Shown in pieces: positions 59,365 through 64,000 of a stretch of DNA of 64,000 nt; positions within the stretch are counted from its first letter, which is position 1, and each line of letters begins with the position of its first letter. The notes under the pieces are model-generated. The model did not search any database. It saw nothing but the letters and a program-made list of their open reading frames with translations, and was not told the DNA's origin. The stretch is taken from contig CAXXJJ010000004.1 of the NCBI GenBank assembly GCA_963667015.2, positions 608,001 to 672,000 of the forward strand, in the 5' to 3' direction. Source of the DNA: Desulfatiglandales bacterium. Its GTDB lineage: Bacteria > Desulfobacterota > DSM-4660 > Desulfatiglandales > HGW-15. A program made the translations under genes and the position numbers.

Positions 59365-61281
59365 GTGGAACTTCCTGTTTTAAATACCTGGGAAAAAGGC
59401 GATGGTATTATTAATACTGCAAATTCGGTTATAAGCGGTCAACTTTCAGGGCAAAGTACAAAATCCCTTATGGGATGGGGAGGCGTAATGATATGGGACA
59501 GGGATATTGATCCTGTTGACATGCTTTATGCCTATTTAACGCGTGTTGCCTCTGAATCATGCGGAGAATGCACATCGTGCAGGCTGGGAACGGTCCGCCT
59601 GTGCAGGGTCATGGAAAGGATTATTGAGGGTAAGGGCAAAAAAAGTGATCTGGAATTCATAAGATATATGGTGCGCCACATCAGTGCGACAGGAAAATGT
59701 GATATTGGCCGCACCATTTCCAAACCTGTTCTTGACATCCTTGATGCATATGAAGATTCCTTTATTGAAGTAATTGAAAAAAAACGAGGGTTAAGAAAAG
59801 GAAGTTACACTCATTTAATCACTGCCCCCTGTATTAATGCATGTCCTTCGCATCTGGATATCCCCGGATATATCGAAAATGTAAGTATGGGTAACTGGAA
59901 GAAGGCAATGGAAATAGTCCGGAATGACTGCCCTATGCCCGGTACCATAGGCAGGGTATGCGTCCGACCCTGTGAAAGCGCCTGCCGCCGGGGTCTTCTG
60001 GATGAACCTATTTCAATACGCGGTATTAAAAGATTTCTGGCAGACTGTGAGATGAACTGTGTTATTGAAACTGAAGAAAAACCTTCGACTGTTCAAAATC
60101 AGAAAGTCGCAGTAATCGGCGCAGGACCTGCCGGTATTTCATGTGCCTATTATCTTGCCAGGCAGGGTTATCACTGTACCATATTTGAAGCACAGGAAGG
60201 CCCCGGCGGCATGGCTGCCTATGGCATACCTTCCTATCGTTTGCCCCGGAATGTGATCGCACATGAAGTCGCTGTGCTGGAAAAACTCGGTGTTGAGATA
60301 AAATATGGTGTAAATGTAGGAAAAGATATAAGCATGGAAGAAATATCCTCCCGGGGATATGAGGCAGTGTTCGTGGGAGTCGGAGCCCCTGATTCCTCCA
60401 AGATGCGCTGTGAAGGAGAAGATGCCGGATACCGGTGTTTTTTGACAGGGGTGCATTTTCTTTCCGAATCAGCAAGGGGGAGAATACCTGTAGAAGGTAA
60501 AAAACTGGTGGTAATCGGCGGAGGGAATGTGGCAATGGACTGTGTGCGTACCGCCAGAAGGCTTGGATTTGAGGATGTCAATCTGCTCTACCGCAGAACA
60601 GAAGCCGAAATGCCGGCTGATCCACAGGAAATCAGAGAGGCGAAAGAAGAAGGCGTTATATTTCACCATCTTGTTGCACCGGTTGAAATAATAGCCGAAA
60701 ACAATGCAGTGGCAGGATTAAAATGCCTCCGCATGGAGCTTGGTGAACCCGATTCCTCAGGAAGAAGGCGGCCTGTACCTGTTGAAGGGTCGGAGTTTGT
60801 TATTGAGTGCGATGTAATCATCCCGGCAATCGGTCAGGTATGTGTGGTGGACTGTGTACTTCCTGAAGAAGATGTTCTTACATCATGGAAGACCCTTATA
60901 GTAGACCAGACAACATTCCAGTCCGAAAGGCAGCAGATATTCGGCGGTGGTGACTGTGTCACAGGGCCCCAGACCCTTATAGGCGCTCTGGCTGCCGGTA
61001 AAAACGCAGCACGTTTTATTTCTCAATACCTGCAGCAGGGAGAATGCAAACCTGAAATTAATGACCTGCTGCTATCTCTTGCATCTTCAGAAGGTGTTTA
61101 TGATCCGGGAGAGTCTTTTCCCTATCCGGGCATAACCGAAAGGGAAGAACCTTCAGTTCTTGATCCTGAATTCCGTGTCAACGGATTTGATGAGGTAGAA
61201 GAGTGTTTGACACCCTCACAGGCAAGAGTTGAGGCTGACAGATGCCTGAGGTGTTACAGGCTCCTGATGTCAGCAGTATGA
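59365..61281 (+). CDS. NADP-linked formate dehydrogenase beta subunit (NuoF-type 4Fe-4S + GltD/SfrB-like flavoprotein)
   Basis: ESCGECTSC, C..ACP, GRVC.RPCE..C, GAGPAG, GGGNVAMD, YRR; GTG 59365 after GGAGG preferred over 59281. Confidence 0.85.
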   Translation: MELPVLNTWEKGDGIINTANSVISGQLSGQSTKSLMGWGGVMIWDRDIDPVDMLYAYLTRVASESCGECTSCRLGTVRLCRVMERIIEGKGKKSDLEFIRYMVRHISATGKCDIGRTISKPVLDILDAYEDSFIEVIEKKRGLRKGSYTHLITAPCINACPSHLDIPGYIENVSMGNWKKAMEIVRNDCPMPGTIGRVCVRPCESACRRGLLDEPISIRGIKRFLADCEMNCVIETEEKPSTVQNQKVAVIGAGPAGISCAYYLARQGYHCTIFEAQEGPGGMAAYGIPSYRLPRNVIAHEVAVLEKLGVEIKYGVNVGKDISMEEISSRGYEAVFVGVGAPDSSKMRCEGEDAGYRCFLTGVHFLSESARGRIPVEGKKLVVIGGGNVAMDCVRTARRLGFEDVNLLYRRTEAEMPADPQEIREAKEEGVIFHHLVAPVEIIAENNAVAGLKCLRMELGEPDSSGRRRPVPVEGSEFVIECDVIIPAIGQVCVVDCVLPEEDVLTSWKTLIVDQTTFQSERQQIFGGGDCVTGPQTLIGALAAGKNAARFISQYLQQGECKPEINDLLLSLASSEGVYDPGESFPYPGITEREEPSVLDPEFRVNGFDEVEECLTPSQARVEADRCLRCYRLLMSAV

Positions 61282-61309
61282 CCAAATACAGATCGAAAGG
61301 AAATCTAAA

Positions 61310-64000
61310 ATGCCAGAACTGGAAATAAACCATCAGATGGTTTCATTTGAGGAAGGACAAACCATCCTGGAAGCAGCGGAAAAAAATAATATAAAAATCC
61401 CCACACTATGCTATCTGGCGGGGGCATCACCCACAGGCAGGTGCCGTATCTGCCTGGTCCAGGTTGAAGGAAGCGACAGGCTGCTCACCGCATGTGATAC
61501 TCCGGCAGGGGAAGGCATGAAAATATTAACCGAAAGCCCTGCAGTCAAAGCGGCCCGAAAAACAAATATTGAAATGCTGGTTGCCTCCGGCGCTCATAAT
61601 TGTCTCATAATGGATCAATCCCAGGATAACTGGACCCAGAGCCAGCTAAAGACCATGGAACAGCCATGGCATAATATAATGTGCCCTTCATATGGTGACT
61701 GCCGCCTTCAGGATCTTGCCATAGAATACGGTGTCAGGGCTGATGATCTTGAACTTCAGTACGAAGGACATCCCCTTGATGATGAAACCCCTATGATCGT
61801 AAGGGATTTCAGCCGCTGCATAGGCTGCGGACGCTGTATTCAGGCATGTAATGAGATACAGGTAAACAGGGCAATTCCAGAACATTATGGCGCAAGGAAA
61901 GACCACCCGGAAGGATGGTATCCGGTGGTAGACTATGAACACTGCACCCATTGCGGCCAGTGCGTGCAGGTCTGCCCGACAGGTGCACTATTTGAAAAAA
62001 AGGCATTTGGGATGTCTCCTTCCAATGGAACCCATAAAGTGCGCACTACCTGTCCCTACTGCGGTGTGGGATGCCAGCAGTGGCTTCACATGGATGGTGA
62101 CAGGATAATAAAAGTAACAGCGGTTGAAAACGGTGCTCCCAATATGGGGAGATTGTGCGTCAAGGGCCGCTTCGGATACGATTTTATCTATTCAGAAGAA
62201 AGGCTTAAAACACCTTTAATACGAGAAGGTGATGGATTCAGGAGGCCTCCTGGGATGAAGCACTGGACCTGGTAGCTGATAAATTTAAGGAAATAATCAA
62301 AGAACATGGTCCTGATGCAATTGCCGGTGTGAGCTGCGCCAGGAGTATTAATGAAGATTCCTATCAGATGCAGAAACTTTTCAGGGCGGTGTTTAAAACC
62401 AACAATATAGACCACTGTGCGCGGACTTGACACGCTCCTACTGTCGCAGGTCTTGCGACAAGTTTCGGGTCAGGAGCCATGACCAATTCCTTCAGCGAGT
62501 TTGCCAGGGCAAAGATGTTCTTTGTTATAGGCTCCAATATGGCCGAGGCGCATCCTGTTGCAGCAACATTTGTTAAAAATGCTGTTATGAACGGAGCCGA
62601 ACTCATAGTGGTTGATCCGCGTAAACATATACTTGCAGACCATGCATCTTTGTATGTACCGATAAAAGTGGGCAGTGATATAGCTTTCCTTAACAGCCTT
62701 ATGCACGTAATTATTACCGAAAATCTTTATGATAAGAAATTCGTAAGCTCCTGCTGTACAGGATTTGAAGAACTCAAAGAAAAGGTAATGGAATATCCTC
62801 CTGAAAGAGGAGCGGAGATTGCCGGGATAAGCACAGATCTTCTAAAAGAAACCGCAAGAAAACTTGCCAGTGTGAAACCGGCAATGTTGTGCTACACCCT
62901 TGGAATAACAGAACACAGCTGCGGAAAAAACAATGTAATGTCTGTTGCCAATCTTCAGATGCTTCTGGGTAATATGGGAGTCGAGTGCGGAGGAGTTAAT
63001 CCCCTGAGAGGCCAGAATAATGTTCAGGGTGCGTGTGATATGGGCGCCCTGCCCAATGTATTTCACGGCTACCAGAAGGTTATAGACCTGGCTTCAAGAA
63101 ATAAATTCGAAAAGGCCTGGGGAGTTGAAAAACTTCCGGGTGAAAATGGTTTGATGATACCTGCAATGATGGAAGGCCTGACAGATGGATCAGTAAGGGC
63201 CTTTTATATATTCGGTGAAAATCTCGCCAATACAGAACCTGATATTAAACATGTGGAACACTGTCTTGAAAGTGCCGAGTTTATCGTATGCCAGGATATA
63301 TTCCCAAATGAGACAACAAGATTCGCAGATGTAATTTTCCCGTCAGCAGCATGGTGTGAGGATGAAGGTACATTTACAAACAGTGAACGCCGTGTAAATC
63401 TAGTAAGAAAGATTAAAGAACCTCCAGGACAGGCAAAGCCAAACTGGTGGATCATGAAGCAGATTGCCAAAAGATTCGGGCATGACTGGAAGGCAAACAG
63501 CGGTAAAGATATATGGAATGACGAAATATCCGAACTTGCGCCCCAGTTTAAGGGTATCAAATACCACAGGATTGAAAATGACGGCCTTCAATGGCCCTGC
63601 CCTGACCTGAATCATGGCGGGACCTGTTTTCTTCACCAGGATGGTCAGTTTGCATGCGGCCTGGGTGTGTTTTCACCGGTTGAATGGACCCCTCCCAGGG
63701 AAATCCCTGACAAAGAATATCCCATGGTACTCAGTACAGGTCGAAGATTATACCATTATCACACTAGGACGCAGACAGGAAGATCAGGCGGCCTGAATGA
63801 TCTTCTGGGTGAGGAAACAGCAGATATTTCACCACTTGACGCAGAATCTCTTGGTGTAAGTCATAATGAAAAGATCCGTGTTATTTCCCGGAGAGGCAGT
63901 GTTGAGGTAAAGGCCAATGTTACTCCCCGTGTTCCTAAAGGCATGGTATGGATGGCCTTTCATTTCAGGGAAGGCTGTGCCAACTGGCTTACCAATCCTG
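61310..64000 (+). CDS. fdhA: Selenocysteine-containing formate dehydrogenase alpha subunit with N-terminal Fe-S domains; one-base frameshift near 62241; 3'-partial
   Basis: 2Fe-2S/4Fe-4S N-terminus, TCPYCGVGC, LCVKGRFG. Restoring one G gives FREASWDEAL..; then NNIDHCART-U-HAPT (TGA 62428-62430), PLRGQNNVQG; frame open to window end. Confidence 0.9.
62431..62463 (+). promoter_or_regulatory. SECIS element of fdhA
   Basis: TGTCGCA-ggtct-TGCGACA hairpin (62442-62460) 11 nt after UGA, closely resembling the E. coli fdhF SECIS. Confidence 0.85.

Noticed and set aside
62230..62275. Programmed -1 frameshift in fdhA
   Set aside because: No slippery sequence; a single missing G in a short G-run is better explained by sequencing error or mutation
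1..64000. Many short antisense or alternate-frame ORFs; tRNA, rRNA and riboswitches
   Set aside because: Short ORFs overlap well-supported genes and lack motifs; no structured RNA was recognisable by eye (an Infernal/Rfam scan would be decisive)

Overview
Bacterial chromosomal window, AT-rich. Gene content suggests an anaerobe, probably Desulfobacterota-like (inference). Left (0.7-12.7 kb): a cluster of exported metalloenzymes. It holds a Tat-signal Fe-S subunit plus an AOR-family (W/Mo) enzyme, and a selenoprotein that the ORF track splits in two (in-frame UGA in a U-D-S-C motif, SECIS-like hairpin, signal peptide). It also holds a secreted rhodanese lacking its catalytic Cys and a dispersed xanthine-oxidase-family Mo enzyme. 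In that enzyme the catalytic Glu appears replaced by His and the Tat 2Fe-2S subunit carries a canonical C2H2 zinc finger. Next come a sulfatase, MBL/SDR/cupin genes and a MarR-asnB-FAD oxidoreductase-OpuC-type ABC-nitrilase-MttB (non-pyrrolysine) cluster (18.6-28.4 kb). From 28.4 to 35.4 kb lies a decayed accessory region bracketed by a 25-bp direct repeat, with a PEP-CTERM gene, a SelJ-like ADP-ribosylglycohydrolase, and recombinase, helicase and toxin-antitoxin remnants. From 35.4 to 45.4 kb are BlaI, two tandem BlaR1(M56)-TPR paralogues and a secreted plant-type LRR/C25-protease-like protein. Right: an OYE oxidoreductase, small genes, MocR-radical SAM-dapL-lysA-frameshifted aminotransferase, ALDH, and an NADP-linked selenocysteine formate dehydrogenase (one-base frameshift, runs off the window). 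No rRNA, tRNA or CRISPR array was recognised. Some frameshifts may be sequencing or assembly indels.
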